Shown in pieces: positions 1 through 9,023 of a DNA stretch of 64,000 bases. Numbering within the stretch: position 1 is the stretch's first letter; the number at the start of each line of letters is the position of its first letter. The translations under genes and the position numbers were made by a program. The DNA is taken from positions 111,867-175,866 of the forward strand of contig JAQBRG010000004.1 of assembly GCA_028286615.1 (NCBI GenBank), written 5' to 3'. This DNA is from Parcubacteria group bacterium. Its GTDB lineage: Bacteria; Patescibacteriota; Minisyncoccia; Phycocordibacterales; Phycocordibacteraceae. The notes beneath the pieces are model-generated. The model worked only from the letters and a program-made list of their open reading frames with translations, did not search any database and was not told the DNA's origin.

Positions 1-434
1 CCGACATAAACCCTGTTGCGGTTGAGAATACAAATATTAACTTCAAGAAATTCAACCTTTCGAATGCGGTGGCTGTTGTGTCGGATGTATTTTCTAATGT
101 ACCCAAGAAGAAGTACGACTCAATAATCTTTAATCTTCCGTACCATGACGGGGTGCCTGCAAATGATCTGGAGAAAGGTGTTATTGATGCTGGCTATACA
201 GCAATGATCCAATTCTTTGCGCAGGCAAAACCTTTTCTCGCTGAGGATGGAAAGATGTATATAGGATTCTCTCAATCGGGAAATATTCAGAAGTTCATGG
301 AGACGCTGGAGGAAAATCACATTCAGATTGAAGATATGGAAGAAAAGAATTCGTGGGACCAGCCAGGGTACACAGGTTCTGATTTCCACTACAACTGTCA
401 GGTATATACGTGTTCCTTCAAGACAGCTGCATAA
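1..434 (+). CDS. Class I SAM-dependent methyltransferase, RsmC-like (16S rRNA m2G family) C-terminal fragment. The ORF runs open to the window start (5'-partial).
   Basis: Open frame from position 3 with no upstream stop. The motif VFSNV..YDSIIFNLPYHDG matches the RsmC/RsmD-type catalytic NPPF/NPPY motif IV and its flanks. Confidence 0.6.
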   Translation, partial: DINPVAVENTNINFKKFNLSNAVAVVSDVFSNVPKKKYDSIIFNLPYHDGVPANDLEKGVIDAGYTAMIQFFAQAKPFLAEDGKMYIGFSQSGNIQKFMETLEENHIQIEDMEEKNSWDQPGYTGSDFHYNCQVYTCSFKTAA

Positions 435-2209
435 ATCCCGTGAAGAACCCCTCTCGCATTGAGTTGGTTGATTTCGAGTCTGTAAAGGACATTCTTAAAA
501 ATGTTTCTGCAGATAATTCTGGATACCACTCTATTCCTACAGGTAATGTAAAAGCTCTAGAAGCTTTTCTCCTCAAGAAGAAGGGAAACATAACCAGAGT
601 AGAGTATGCGAAAGGGGAAGATGTAGTGCAAAAAGGAGTCGTTACTTTTAAGTCTTTGAAGAACAACACAGAGTTCTCCTATGCGCAGGTGCCGCTCGGC
701 ATCGTCCTAAAAGGAAGTCTCGTTGTTCTTAAGAACGGAAGAGGAACAAAGACTCTTTCAGAGGGGGACTTTCTAGGCCTCTTTGAAACAAGTGATTGGT
801 TGCTTACAAAACATACGCGTCACATAGGGGATTGGACGCTCGTAGCAGATACCGATACGAAAGTAGCGTTCTTCGACAAGAGCCTTCTTTCTGAAAGTAA
901 CCCAGAGGCAGAAGGTTTTAGGGACTATCTAATAGAGCTAGCTCGGGCAGATCACGTCCCGCAGCCTATTAGCACGTTGCCGCTTCTAGATTGGATCGCT
1001 GCACACACTACGCGCAAACGCCTGGATGATTGCGCTGTAGTAGTTCATACACACCTATTACCAAATAGTTTCCCTTTCTTTCGTCACCTCGCTCACTTGG
1101 TTGGTCCCGGTCGTATCTTTATCTTAGAGAAACCGTACTCAACTATTCGTTCAGTCTTCAATGATCTGGTGAGGTCTGGATATGACGTGACGCAGGTTCG
1201 TATGGAGCAAGATATGCCCTACGAGTTTGCTACACAGAAGAGTACAGAGATCTTATGGCGAAAGGTTGTTCAACTTCAGAAGAAACAAGGCTTCAAGAAA
1301 ATACTTGTAGTAGATGATGGAGGAGATCTGTGGCTGTCTATTCCATGGCAAGAGCTTAATGGAGTGGAGATAGTGGGCGTTGAACAAACTCAACGGGGCA
1401 TAGCTCGTATAGAAGGCGGAGGTGTAAGGACTCCACCCATAGTGAGTGTTGCGTCTTCAGGGATAAAGAAGTTAGTTGAATCTGAATTCATAGGCATCTC
1501 GGTTGTTAAAAAACTGAAGGAAGTCGGGGCCCTTGATGCTGCAAAGCAAATAGGAATACTTGGCGTGGGTAGCATAGGCGCTGCTGTAGAACGAGCGCTT
1601 GTCGCTGAAGGACGCACGGTTATTTGTTATGACCCTGCGTATCACTCGTCTACTTTGAAGCCAGGTAATGCCATCAGTTCAATAGACGTTCTTTTGAATA
1701 AGAGCGATCTCATTATCGGAACTGTCGGCGATGATTCCGTAATCGGCACAGCGTTAGAGCGTGTTTCAGGAGATAAGGTTTTTGCAAGCGCATCGTCAGC
1801 AGACATAGAGTTCGGATCGCTACTCAAGCTTGCAGAACCCTCGTTGGATATCTTTGGTACAAGGACAGTGCAGGTACATAAAGACTTTCGTATACAGATC
1901 CTAAACGGAGGTTACCCAATCAACTTTGACCGCATAAAGGACTCAACTCCCGACGAAGATATCGTTCTAACACGCTGCCTCCTCTACATAGGAGCTATGC
2001 AGGCCGCACATCTTCTTTCAGAACATATACAGAAGCCTGGACTCTATGATCTAGACAAGGTCTCGCAGCAACATCTCCTAAAGCGTTGGATTGAATATAA
2101 ACGCCAGCTTGGACAGAAACATCACGTGAAAGACGAAGATGTGGCTAAGATTCTCGCATATAGTTCGCTAAAGGACGCCATGAGGACACCTAGTGTCTGG
2201 GAGGAGTAG
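410..2209 (+). CDS. 599-aa protein with an N-terminal cNMP-binding-like region and a C-terminal adenosylhomocysteinase-like Rossmann NAD-binding domain
   Basis: Long ORF in the right orientation. It carries VVDDGGD and GVGSIG (GxGxxG) motifs, and an SDLIIGTVG...SADIEF segment resembling the AdoHcyase NAD domain. The N-terminal GDFLGLFE...TLVADTDTKVAFFDK segment is weakly similar to cNMP-binding proteins. Confidence 0.5.
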   Translation: MFLQDSCINPVKNPSRIELVDFESVKDILKNVSADNSGYHSIPTGNVKALEAFLLKKKGNITRVEYAKGEDVVQKGVVTFKSLKNNTEFSYAQVPLGIVLKGSLVVLKNGRGTKTLSEGDFLGLFETSDWLLTKHTRHIGDWTLVADTDTKVAFFDKSLLSESNPEAEGFRDYLIELARADHVPQPISTLPLLDWIAAHTTRKRLDDCAVVVHTHLLPNSFPFFRHLAHLVGPGRIFILEKPYSTIRSVFNDLVRSGYDVTQVRMEQDMPYEFATQKSTEILWRKVVQLQKKQGFKKILVVDDGGDLWLSIPWQELNGVEIVGVEQTQRGIARIEGGGVRTPPIVSVASSGIKKLVESEFIGISVVKKLKEVGALDAAKQIGILGVGSIGAAVERALVAEGRTVICYDPAYHSSTLKPGNAISSIDVLLNKSDLIIGTVGDDSVIGTALERVSGDKVFASASSADIEFGSLLKLAEPSLDIFGTRTVQVHKDFRIQILNGGYPINFDRIKDSTPDEDIVLTRCLLYIGAMQAAHLLSEHIQKPGLYDLDKVSQQHLLKRWIEYKRQLGQKHHVKDEDVAKILAYSSLKDAMRTPSVWEE

Positions 2210-2248
2210 CTTCATGCAAACCCAACCCTATAGGCGTAGTATGTTTCT

Positions 2249-3436
2249 ATGGAACCGCTCGCGGCACGCCTCCGGCCCAAAACCATAGACGAAGTGGTGG
2301 GACAGGAGCATTTGGTAGGGGAAGGGAAGCCTCTTCGAGTTGCTATAGAGAAGAAACATCTCTTCTCCTTTTTGCTATGGGGACCTCCGGGAACAGGAAA
2401 GACAACCATTGCTCGTATATATGCGAACGCGCTCGATGCAGACCTATACGAACTCTCTGCAGTCTCAGCAGGGAAGGAAGACATTCGGCAGATTGTTGAG
2501 GGGAATACGCCCAAGAAGAAAAGAGGAGACTTCCAAGAACCTTTTAGCTCAGATGTGTTCGCGCCTTCGAAACCAAAACTCTTGTTTCTAGATGAGATAC
2601 ATCGTTTTAACAAAGCCCAACAAGATTTCTTGCTTCCATATGTTGAAAGCGGACAGCTAACTCTTATAGGAGCAACAACGGAGAATCCGTCATTCGAAGT
2701 TATTCCCGCACTTCTCTCTCGTGCACGCGTATTTGTGCTTGAACCGCTCTCAGAAGAGGCACTACGCTCCATTGTGTCTCGTGCGGGTGTAAAGCTTGGT
2801 AGCGACGCGTTTGAGTGGCTTATGGGCTATGCCAATGGCGATGCTCGCAAGGCTCTCGGACTCCTTGAAGGCGTAATAGCTCTCTATGGAAAAAAGATTA
2901 CGGTTGCGAACCTAAACAAAGCACTTGAGTCTCCGCACCTTCGCTACGACAAGAAGGGAGAAGAACACTACGACACCATCTCAGCGTTCATTAAAAGCAT
3001 GCGAGCCTCACAACCTGATGCTTCTATATACTATCTAGCTCGCATGGTTGAAGCCGGCGAAGATCCACTTTTCATTGCGCGTCGCATGGTTATATTCGCT
3101 TCTGAAGATATAGGACTTGCTCAACCAACCGCTCTTGTTGTTGCGAACGCAGTGTTCCGCGCTTGCGAGGTTATTGGATACCCAGAATGCGCTATTAACC
3201 TCGCGCATGGCGTTGCATACCTTGCTCGCTGCAAGAAGACTAAGTCTGCGTATGAAGCACTAAGGGCGGCACAGGCGGACATTGCTAAGTACGGGAATCT
3301 TCCAATACCTAAGAAGATACGAAATGCGCCAACCAAGCTCATGAAAGACCTAGATTATGGCAAAGGGTATGAACGATACGATACCGAGAGTTATTTACCG
3401 GAGAAGTTGAAGGACAGGAAATACTTGGAGGAGTAA
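2249..3436 (+). CDS. rarA: Replication-associated recombination protein A (AAA+ ATPase RarA/MgsA)
   Basis: The N-terminus LRPKTIDEVVGQEHL and the Walker A motif LWGPPGTGKTT match RarA. The full-length architecture matches RarA. Confidence 0.9.
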   Translation: MEPLAARLRPKTIDEVVGQEHLVGEGKPLRVAIEKKHLFSFLLWGPPGTGKTTIARIYANALDADLYELSAVSAGKEDIRQIVEGNTPKKKRGDFQEPFSSDVFAPSKPKLLFLDEIHRFNKAQQDFLLPYVESGQLTLIGATTENPSFEVIPALLSRARVFVLEPLSEEALRSIVSRAGVKLGSDAFEWLMGYANGDARKALGLLEGVIALYGKKITVANLNKALESPHLRYDKKGEEHYDTISAFIKSMRASQPDASIYYLARMVEAGEDPLFIARRMVIFASEDIGLAQPTALVVANAVFRACEVIGYPECAINLAHGVAYLARCKKTKSAYEALRAAQADIAKYGNLPIPKKIRNAPTKLMKDLDYGKGYERYDTESYLPEKLKDRKYLEE

Positions 3437-3440
3437 AAAG

Positions 3441-3470
3441 AAATCGCACTGATAGAAATCAGCGCGATTT
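3441..3470. terminator. Bidirectional intrinsic terminator between rarA (+) and the minus-strand ORF
   Basis: Hairpin AAATCGCACTGAT-AGAA-ATCAGCGCGATTT (11/12 bp) directly after the rarA stop, with A/T-rich flanks on both sides. Confidence 0.5.
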
Positions 3471-3498
3471 GATGAATGAACATCCAGGAACTAAAACA

Positions 3499-3993
3499 CT
3501 ATTCTTCTAATGGATGAGGGAACCAGAAAGGATTAATAGATAATCTTTTGGCTTTATCCGTAGATAGAAGCTTCTGGCGTTCTCCATTTCGAGACTGCAT
3601 CTTAACCAGGCTCCCCTTTGCGTGTCTGATGCACCCAGATGTAAATCGCTGCTGTTGCTTGATGAAGTAGTAGGCAGCAGCTTGAGCATGAAGAGCGAGC
3701 TGCTCCTCTGTTTCGGCCAGCTCGATGTTGCAAACGTGAAAGTAGTTAGTCCAGACGCCGGCTTTTGGGAGAAGGTGAACAACGAAGTTCCCACCATCTT
3801 CGCCACCCGGGCAGTGCCGGAAGTCCCACGCTTCGTAGGGAAGTTCTTCATTTGCGAGCAGGAGCTCGTTCATGAAAACCTCTACGAACAGAAATGCGGT
3901 TGGCATAGCCCGACTCTGATCGATTGTGTCGGGTTCGATAAACCACTTGTCGTCTTGGCTATAAGTAATCGAGGTCATGATTCGCCCTTTCAA
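3499..3993 (-). CDS. Hypothetical protein. The likely true start is the internal Met MTSITYS at 3978.
   Basis: ORF of 164 aa whose 3' end abuts the bidirectional terminator. No recognisable domain. Confidence 0.45.
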   Translation of the reverse strand: MKGRIMTSITYSQDDKWFIEPDTIDQSRAMPTAFLFVEVFMNELLLANEELPYEAWDFRHCPGGEDGGNFVVHLLPKAGVWTNYFHVCNIELAETEEQLALHAQAAAYYFIKQQQRFTSGCIRHAKGSLVKMQSRNGERQKLLSTDKAKRLSINPFWFPHPLEE

Positions 3994-4084
3994 GGTGCAT
4001 TGTTCCTATCAGTCGCCGAACGATTTCAGCGCCTGAATAAGAGGGAGAAGCATGCTTCTCCCAAGTTCTTGTCAGTCCGGACAC

Positions 4085-4486
4085 CTACTCCCTAGGTTGG
4101 GGATGCAAGCTCCATGCCGCAGCAACCAGTTCGTCAGGAGTCGGGCCATTCAGAAGACCAAAGATATCGAGCCCTGCTTCCTCTTTGTATTGACTAAAGA
4201 GCACCACGCCCATCCCTCCGTCAGCCCTAGCGTTCGAGCTCCCTTCCCCAATCATCTTACCGAGAGTGGCAATAGAGTTCTTGCAGCAGGAACAGACGCC
4301 GAAGAGAAGAATTTCGGGACGCTCTTCCAGCGGGCTCACCATTCTTGCGCCGACAGCTTCAAAGGCTGCACGCACATCAGCGGGAATAGTCTTACCAGAC
4401 TGGTGAGAGTAGTAGCCGACACGGGTCTTACGACCAACCATGAAGTTCATTCGAGTGCCCCTCCTTAGGGCATTGGTGCAAGGCAC
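4085..4486 (-). CDS. Hypothetical protein
   Basis: ORF of 133 aa on the same strand as the neighbouring ORF. Its start region is divergent from the TrmB-like gene. No recognisable domain. Confidence 0.4.
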   Translation of the reverse strand: MPCTNALRRGTRMNFMVGRKTRVGYYSHQSGKTIPADVRAAFEAVGARMVSPLEERPEILLFGVCSCCKNSIATLGKMIGEGSSNARADGGMGVVLFSQYKEEAGLDIFGLLNGPTPDELVAAAWSLHPQPRE

Positions 4487-4603
4487 CGTTTAAATGGAAG
4501 TTTCAATTTGACTCTGGTGAGAAGTATGTCATAAGTATCAAAATAGTCAAGTAATGTCGGACATGTGTTGACAAGTCTTCGACAACAAATTAGGCTGTAT
4601 CTA

Positions 4604-5362
4604 ATGGATGAAAAACTCCTAGAACCGCTGAATCTTAATGAAAGCGAGATAGCCGTATACCAGGCCGTGCTTCGAAGTGGAGCCATCGCGCCGGCAGACC
4701 TTGCTAAGGCTTCGGGAATTAAACGCACAACCGCCTACAGCGTTGCTCGTTCCTTGGTAGATAAAGGACTGCTTTCGGAAGATGCCACTCGCAGACCTCG
4801 AGTATTTACCCCCTCAACTCCTGAGCAGGTGTCCGGCCTTATTGAAACGGAAAGGCGACAACTTGTCTTAAAAGAGGAATCTCTTAATAAGGTTGCTGCA
4901 GAGCTTGCTAAGCTCTCAGCTAAAACGACCTACCCTGTTCCAACGGTACGTTTTATAGAGGAAGCGAAGATTGATTCGTTTCTCAGGCAACAGACACCAA
5001 TATGGGATAAGAATCTTAAGGAGACTGAGCCAACATGGTGGGGCTTCCAAGACCATACATTTGTAGAGCACTTTGCTAAATGGATTAGCTGGTATTGGAA
5101 CCAGTCTTCTAAAGATGTGAATCTCAAACTTCTATCAAACAGGGCACCAGCCGAGGTTGCTTTTGGAGATAAGTACGCAGATCAGCGACATATTAAGTTC
5201 TGGGGTGAAGCAAATAACTTTATGTCTACTACATGGATCATAGGAGACTACATAGTGATGATTAATACACGAGCCAAACCTTTCTATCTTGTAGAGATAC
5301 ACGACAAGCTTATGGCACACGATCAACGAGAAGTATTTAGGAATCTATGGGATTTGGTGTAG
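4604..5362 (+). CDS. TrmB-family transcriptional regulator (N-terminal winged HTH)
   Basis: The LNLNESEIAVYQAVLRSGAIAPADLAKASGIKRTTAYSVARSLVDKGLL segment is a typical TrmB HTH, and there is a TrmB-like C-terminal domain. ATG at 4604; an alternative in-frame GTG lies at 4565. Confidence 0.7.
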   Translation: MDEKLLEPLNLNESEIAVYQAVLRSGAIAPADLAKASGIKRTTAYSVARSLVDKGLLSEDATRRPRVFTPSTPEQVSGLIETERRQLVLKEESLNKVAAELAKLSAKTTYPVPTVRFIEEAKIDSFLRQQTPIWDKNLKETEPTWWGFQDHTFVEHFAKWISWYWNQSSKDVNLKLLSNRAPAEVAFGDKYADQRHIKFWGEANNFMSTTWIIGDYIVMINTRAKPFYLVEIHDKLMAHDQREVFRNLWDLV

Positions 5363-5372
5363 GCTAGCGAAT

Positions 5373-5933
5373 ATGAAAATCGGCATCATGGGCGCGCAGG
5401 GAAGCTTCTCGGAAGAAGCAGCAAGGAAGTATGTAGAGAAAGAGTCGTTAGAGAATGTAGACATTGAATACCTCATATCAGCTGAACGCGTACTCTCAGC
5501 TCTTGAGGCAGGAGAGATAGACCTCGGAGTATTCCCAATAGAAAACAGCAACGGCGGCATTGTTATAGAAGCCGTGCACGCCATGGCAGCACACCGCTTC
5601 AAGGTTAAGAAGATGTTTGAGATTGACGTGCACCAGAACCTGCTCGCTATGAAGGGAGTAAATCCAGAACAGATAACACTTATAACCTCGCACGACCAAG
5701 CACTGAAGCAATGTCGTATGTATTTAAAACGTAAGTGGCCAGGCGTAGATATTCAGGAATACGCAGACACCGCCAAGGCAGCACAGGATCTTGCTTCCGG
5801 AGCACTTCCTCCAACAACTGCTGTTATTGCTTCACGCGCTGCAGCAGACTTATACAACCTAGAGATTCTCGAAGAGAGTATTCAGGATCTGAAATTTAAC
5901 TACACGAGTTTCGTTGTTGCAGAGAAGATCTAG
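5373..5933 (+). CDS. pheA: Prephenate dehydratase (PDT catalytic domain only, no ACT domain)
   Basis: The motifs IGIMGAQGSFSEEAA, GVFPIENSNGG, ALKQC and NYTSFVV correspond to conserved PDT motifs. Confidence 0.75.
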   Translation: MKIGIMGAQGSFSEEAARKYVEKESLENVDIEYLISAERVLSALEAGEIDLGVFPIENSNGGIVIEAVHAMAAHRFKVKKMFEIDVHQNLLAMKGVNPEQITLITSHDQALKQCRMYLKRKWPGVDIQEYADTAKAAQDLASGALPPTTAVIASRAAADLYNLEILEESIQDLKFNYTSFVVAEKI

Positions 5934-5943
5934 CAAAAAGAAA

Positions 5944-5970
5944 AACCCCGCATCTGCGGGGTTTTTCTTT
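5944..5970. terminator. Bidirectional intrinsic terminator (pheA + / hup -)
   Basis: Hairpin AACCCCGC-ATCT-GCGGGGTT flanked by AAAAA and TTTTTCTTT. Confidence 0.75.
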
Positions 5971-5981
5971 AAGCAAACTGC

Positions 5982-6254
5982 TTATTTAACTGAATCCTTA
6001 AGGGCCTTTGCGGCGCGGAACTTAGGAGTACGAGTTGCAGCGATCTTGATAGTCTCGCCGGTACGTGGGTTGCGGCCAGTACGAGCTGGACGAGCCTTGG
6101 CGCTGAAGATGCCGAGACCTGCGATTGAAACTTCGTCACCAGACTTAAGGCCTGTTGTGATGCTCTCGATAACAGCTTCAACTGCGCGCTCTGCATCAGC
6201 CTTTGTGCTGCCGAGAACGTCCTGCACCTTTGCTGCAATATCTGCTTTATTCAT
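5982..6254 (-). CDS. hup: DNA-binding protein HU
   Basis: MNKADIAAKV...GLGIFSAKARPARTGRNPRTGETIKIAATRTPKFRAAKALKD is a full-length HU with the arm motif. Confidence 0.9.
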   Translation of the reverse strand: MNKADIAAKVQDVLGSTKADAERAVEAVIESITTGLKSGDEVSIAGLGIFSAKARPARTGRNPRTGETIKIAATRTPKFRAAKALKDSVK

Positions 6255-6330
6255 AGTACTTGTTTTTGGGTTAATCCCTTCCGGGGTTCTTACGAGCCCC
6301 TCGGGAGGGCTATGCTCAAAAGTATAGGAA

Positions 6331-6708
6331 ATGAGCCATATTACGCAAGAGGGCTTGAAAAAATCGGTGGATAAGGTGAAATTAGGAATTTCAGCAGATT
6401 ATACTGTTTACATGAGCATGGAACATGGTGGAACTTTAAATCATGGAGAGAATCTAAATAGAGAAAAGAGGCATCCAACCCGTGAAGAGTACGAAGCTAA
6501 GGTTGTGGCAGATCTCGAGCAACAATTTAAAACGATTAGAGAGAATCTAAACAACGGCAAGCGCGGTATAAGTAAGTATTTAACTGGATATGCTTATGAC
6601 AGGCTGCTAGAACTAGAGGAAAAGAAGCACATACCAGCTGACATAGCAGAAAGACTGCGCGACGAGGCGGATAAGTTCTTTGATGAGCTGGGAGAAAAGG
6701 CAGCTTAA
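6331..6708 (+). CDS. Hypothetical protein
   Basis: ORF of 125 aa, charged and hydrophilic, with no recognisable domain. Confidence 0.45.
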   Translation: MSHITQEGLKKSVDKVKLGISADYTVYMSMEHGGTLNHGENLNREKRHPTREEYEAKVVADLEQQFKTIRENLNNGKRGISKYLTGYAYDRLLELEEKKHIPADIAERLRDEADKFFDELGEKAA

Positions 6709-6713
6709 AATAG

Positions 6714-6746
6714 TTGACTTACAAGTATACTTTAAAGTATACTTGT
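6714..6746 (+). promoter_or_regulatory. Sigma70-like promoter (TTGACT-18-TATACT) overlapped by a perfect 26-bp palindrome; predicted antitoxin operator
   Basis: TTGACT lies at 6714-6719 and TATACT at 6738-6743. The palindrome ACAAGTATACTTTAAAGTATACTTGT spans 6721-6746 and ends 3 nt before the antitoxin ATG at 6750. Confidence 0.6.
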
Positions 6747-6749
6747 AAC

Positions 6750-6995
6750 ATGACTCCTCAAATCATTGGCATTAAAGAATTACAGAACAAATTAAAGTAC
6801 GTAGCTGATGCAACGCTGCTTGGTGTTTCTTTTACTGTAGTGCGTGGTTCTAAGCCAGTTTTTCGCATCGAGCCAATTCTTCCTACTAAACGAACAGGTA
6901 CATTAGAGGACGCATTTAAGGCCTTGGCTTTTAAAGGAGAAAAGGATTTATCTCAGCGAATTGACGACATCGTATATGGCGGGAAACTTCATTGA
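6750..6995 (+). CDS. Phd/YefM-type antitoxin
   Basis: The N-terminus QIIGIKELQNKLKYVADATLLGVSFTVVRGSKPVFRIEP has the typical Phd/YefM fold signature. It overlaps the downstream PIN toxin gene by 20 nt. Confidence 0.6.
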   Translation: MTPQIIGIKELQNKLKYVADATLLGVSFTVVRGSKPVFRIEPILPTKRTGTLEDAFKALAFKGEKDLSQRIDDIVYGGKLH

Positions 6996-7371
6996 TACAA
7001 GCGTTCTCATTTCATTCTTCAATGAAAAAGACTCGCTGCATGAGCGAGCTCAGTTAATTTTAAGAGAGATCCAAAAACCCCTGCTTGTGCATGAATACGT
7101 AGTCTTAGAAACCGCTACTGTGCTTATGAATCGAGTTGGAAAATCCTCGGCAGATGAGTTTATGCGAATAACGCTGGGAAATGCAGACTTTGAACTCCAC
7201 TTGAGCTCAGAGGTAGGATTCCTTGCTTCAGCAGAAACTTTTGTTCAGAATCAAAACAAACTTTCTTTTGTAGACACGGCGTTGCTCTCTTTGTCAGGAA
7301 CTAGTCAAATTATTACCTTTGACGAAGAACTTAACCGTGCAATTAAGAAGCGTAAGGAAAAGAAAGATTAG
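6976..7371 (+). CDS. vapC: PIN-domain toxin (VapC-like ribonuclease)
   Basis: The N-terminus FIDTSVLI carries the first acidic residue, SFVDTALLSL is a later Asp motif, and the size is about 130 aa. It is paired with the upstream antitoxin. Confidence 0.7.
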   Translation: MAGNFIDTSVLISFFNEKDSLHERAQLILREIQKPLLVHEYVVLETATVLMNRVGKSSADEFMRITLGNADFELHLSSEVGFLASAETFVQNQNKLSFVDTALLSLSGTSQIITFDEELNRAIKKRKEKKD

Positions 7372-8897
7372 CGAGCAAACTCAACAACTCGGTTCTCACG
7401 TATAACGTTAACCTTAATCTCTCCAGGATAACGGAGTTCCTTTTGAATACGCTCAGATATTTCGCGTGCCAGTTTGTGCATCGCGAGGTCCGTAACCTTG
7501 CCCGGATTAACGAACACACGTATCTCGCGGCCTGCAGATATGGCATATACCTTCTCAACTCCAGGGAAGGTTGAAGCAATTCGCTCAAGATCTCCAAGGC
7601 GTTCAAGATATCGCTCAACAGTGTCGCGACGTGCGCCAGGACGTCCCGCAGATATGGCATCTGCAACCTGCACAATTATAGATTCAGGTGTTTCATACGG
7701 ATATTCCTCGTGATGCGATTGCATCGCTTGGATTATTTCTTTCTTAACACCGAACTTCTCAAGAATACGACGACCTATCTCAACGTGCGTACCCTGCACT
7801 TCGTGGTCTACGGCTTTTCCAATGTCATGAAGAAGAGCACCTGCGCGAGCAGTTTGGGCATTAGCTCCAAGTTCTTCTGCGAGCATGCCGGCGATATGTG
7901 CCATTTCAATAGAGTGCTGCAGTACGTTCTGTCCGTAGCTCGTACGGAACCAGAGGCGCCCAAGAAGCGCTATAAGGCGAGGATCAAGACCAACGATACC
8001 AACTTCAAATGCAGCTTCTTCGCCCTTCTGCTTAATTGTCTCGTTAATCTCAGCCTTTGCTTTTGCAACGGTCTCTTCAATCTTTGCGGGCTGAATACGG
8101 CCATCAGTTAGAAGGCTTTCAAGTGCGAGCTTAGCTGTATGGCGGCGAAGCGGATCAAACGAAGAAAGCGTTATTTTGTCGGGTGCCTCATCGATTATTA
8201 CATCTACTCCCGTAGCGCGTTCAAAAGCTTTGATGTTGCGGCCATCCTTTCCGATTATCTTTCCCTTCATCTCCTCAGAAGGAATAGGTACTGAAAGCGT
8301 CATAACTTCCGCATTAACTGCGCTACCCATGCGATGTATAACGGAGAGAAGAATAGATTTAGCTCGAGCTTCAAGCTGCTCGCGTCCGTGAGCCTCAAGC
8401 TTCTGAAGACGAGAAAGAAAAGACTCTTCCTGAGAAGCCTCAACTTCTTTCATAAGTTCCTTGCTGGCTTCAAGTTCAGAAAGGCGGCCAATGCGTACGA
8501 GCTCTTGGCGGCGTTCAGCAAGCGTCTTCTCAGCTTCGCGCTTTACATTGGCTGCTTCGTTCTCACGGTTACGTATCTCCTCAGCTTCACTTGAGAGGTG
8601 TTGCTCTCGTTCATCAAGGAATTCCTCACGCTTTGCGATACGTTCTGCAGCCTTTGAAAGTTTCTCCTCACGAGCACGAAGAGGTTCCATGCGCTCTTTC
8701 TCAAGCTTTATGGCACGTTCTTCCGCTTCTGCGAGCAAACGGCTTGCGCGCTCCTTGGCCTCGAGCATCTTTTGCTTAACTTCAAGCTCCAAAGAGCCTC
8801 GTTGGGACAAGGAAATAAGCCACCTGAGCACATAGCCAAGCGCGATGCCGGCGGTGCCCGAAAGCGCCAGAAGAGCGAGAATGAGTTTTATAGACAT
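7368..8897 (-). CDS. rny: Ribonuclease Y
   Basis: The protein has an N-terminal TM helix, a coiled-coil region, a KH domain (IIGKDGRNIKAFE) and an HD domain (LLHDIGK). Length is 509 aa. Confidence 0.9.
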   Translation of the reverse strand: MSIKLILALLALSGTAGIALGYVLRWLISLSQRGSLELEVKQKMLEAKERASRLLAEAEERAIKLEKERMEPLRAREEKLSKAAERIAKREEFLDEREQHLSSEAEEIRNRENEAANVKREAEKTLAERRQELVRIGRLSELEASKELMKEVEASQEESFLSRLQKLEAHGREQLEARAKSILLSVIHRMGSAVNAEVMTLSVPIPSEEMKGKIIGKDGRNIKAFERATGVDVIIDEAPDKITLSSFDPLRRHTAKLALESLLTDGRIQPAKIEETVAKAKAEINETIKQKGEEAAFEVGIVGLDPRLIALLGRLWFRTSYGQNVLQHSIEMAHIAGMLAEELGANAQTARAGALLHDIGKAVDHEVQGTHVEIGRRILEKFGVKKEIIQAMQSHHEEYPYETPESIIVQVADAISAGRPGARRDTVERYLERLGDLERIASTFPGVEKVYAISAGREIRVFVNPGKVTDLAMHKLAREISERIQKELRYPGEIKVNVIRENRVVEFAR

Positions 8898-9023
8898 ACT
8901 GAAAGCCCGTATGGGGTTAATCCCACCTTACCGTAAAGGATATGAGGCGTAAATGAGAGGCTATTTGACTATGTAATTTACTCGTGCTCTTATACTCTCA
9001 ACCTAATCCAAAGGAGAAATGGG

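Noticed and set aside
8461-8835. 124-aa Ser/Arg-rich + strand ORF inside rny
   Set aside because: It is antisense to the coiled-coil region of RNase Y. The repetitive SR composition reflects the Glu/Lys/Ala codons on the opposite strand.
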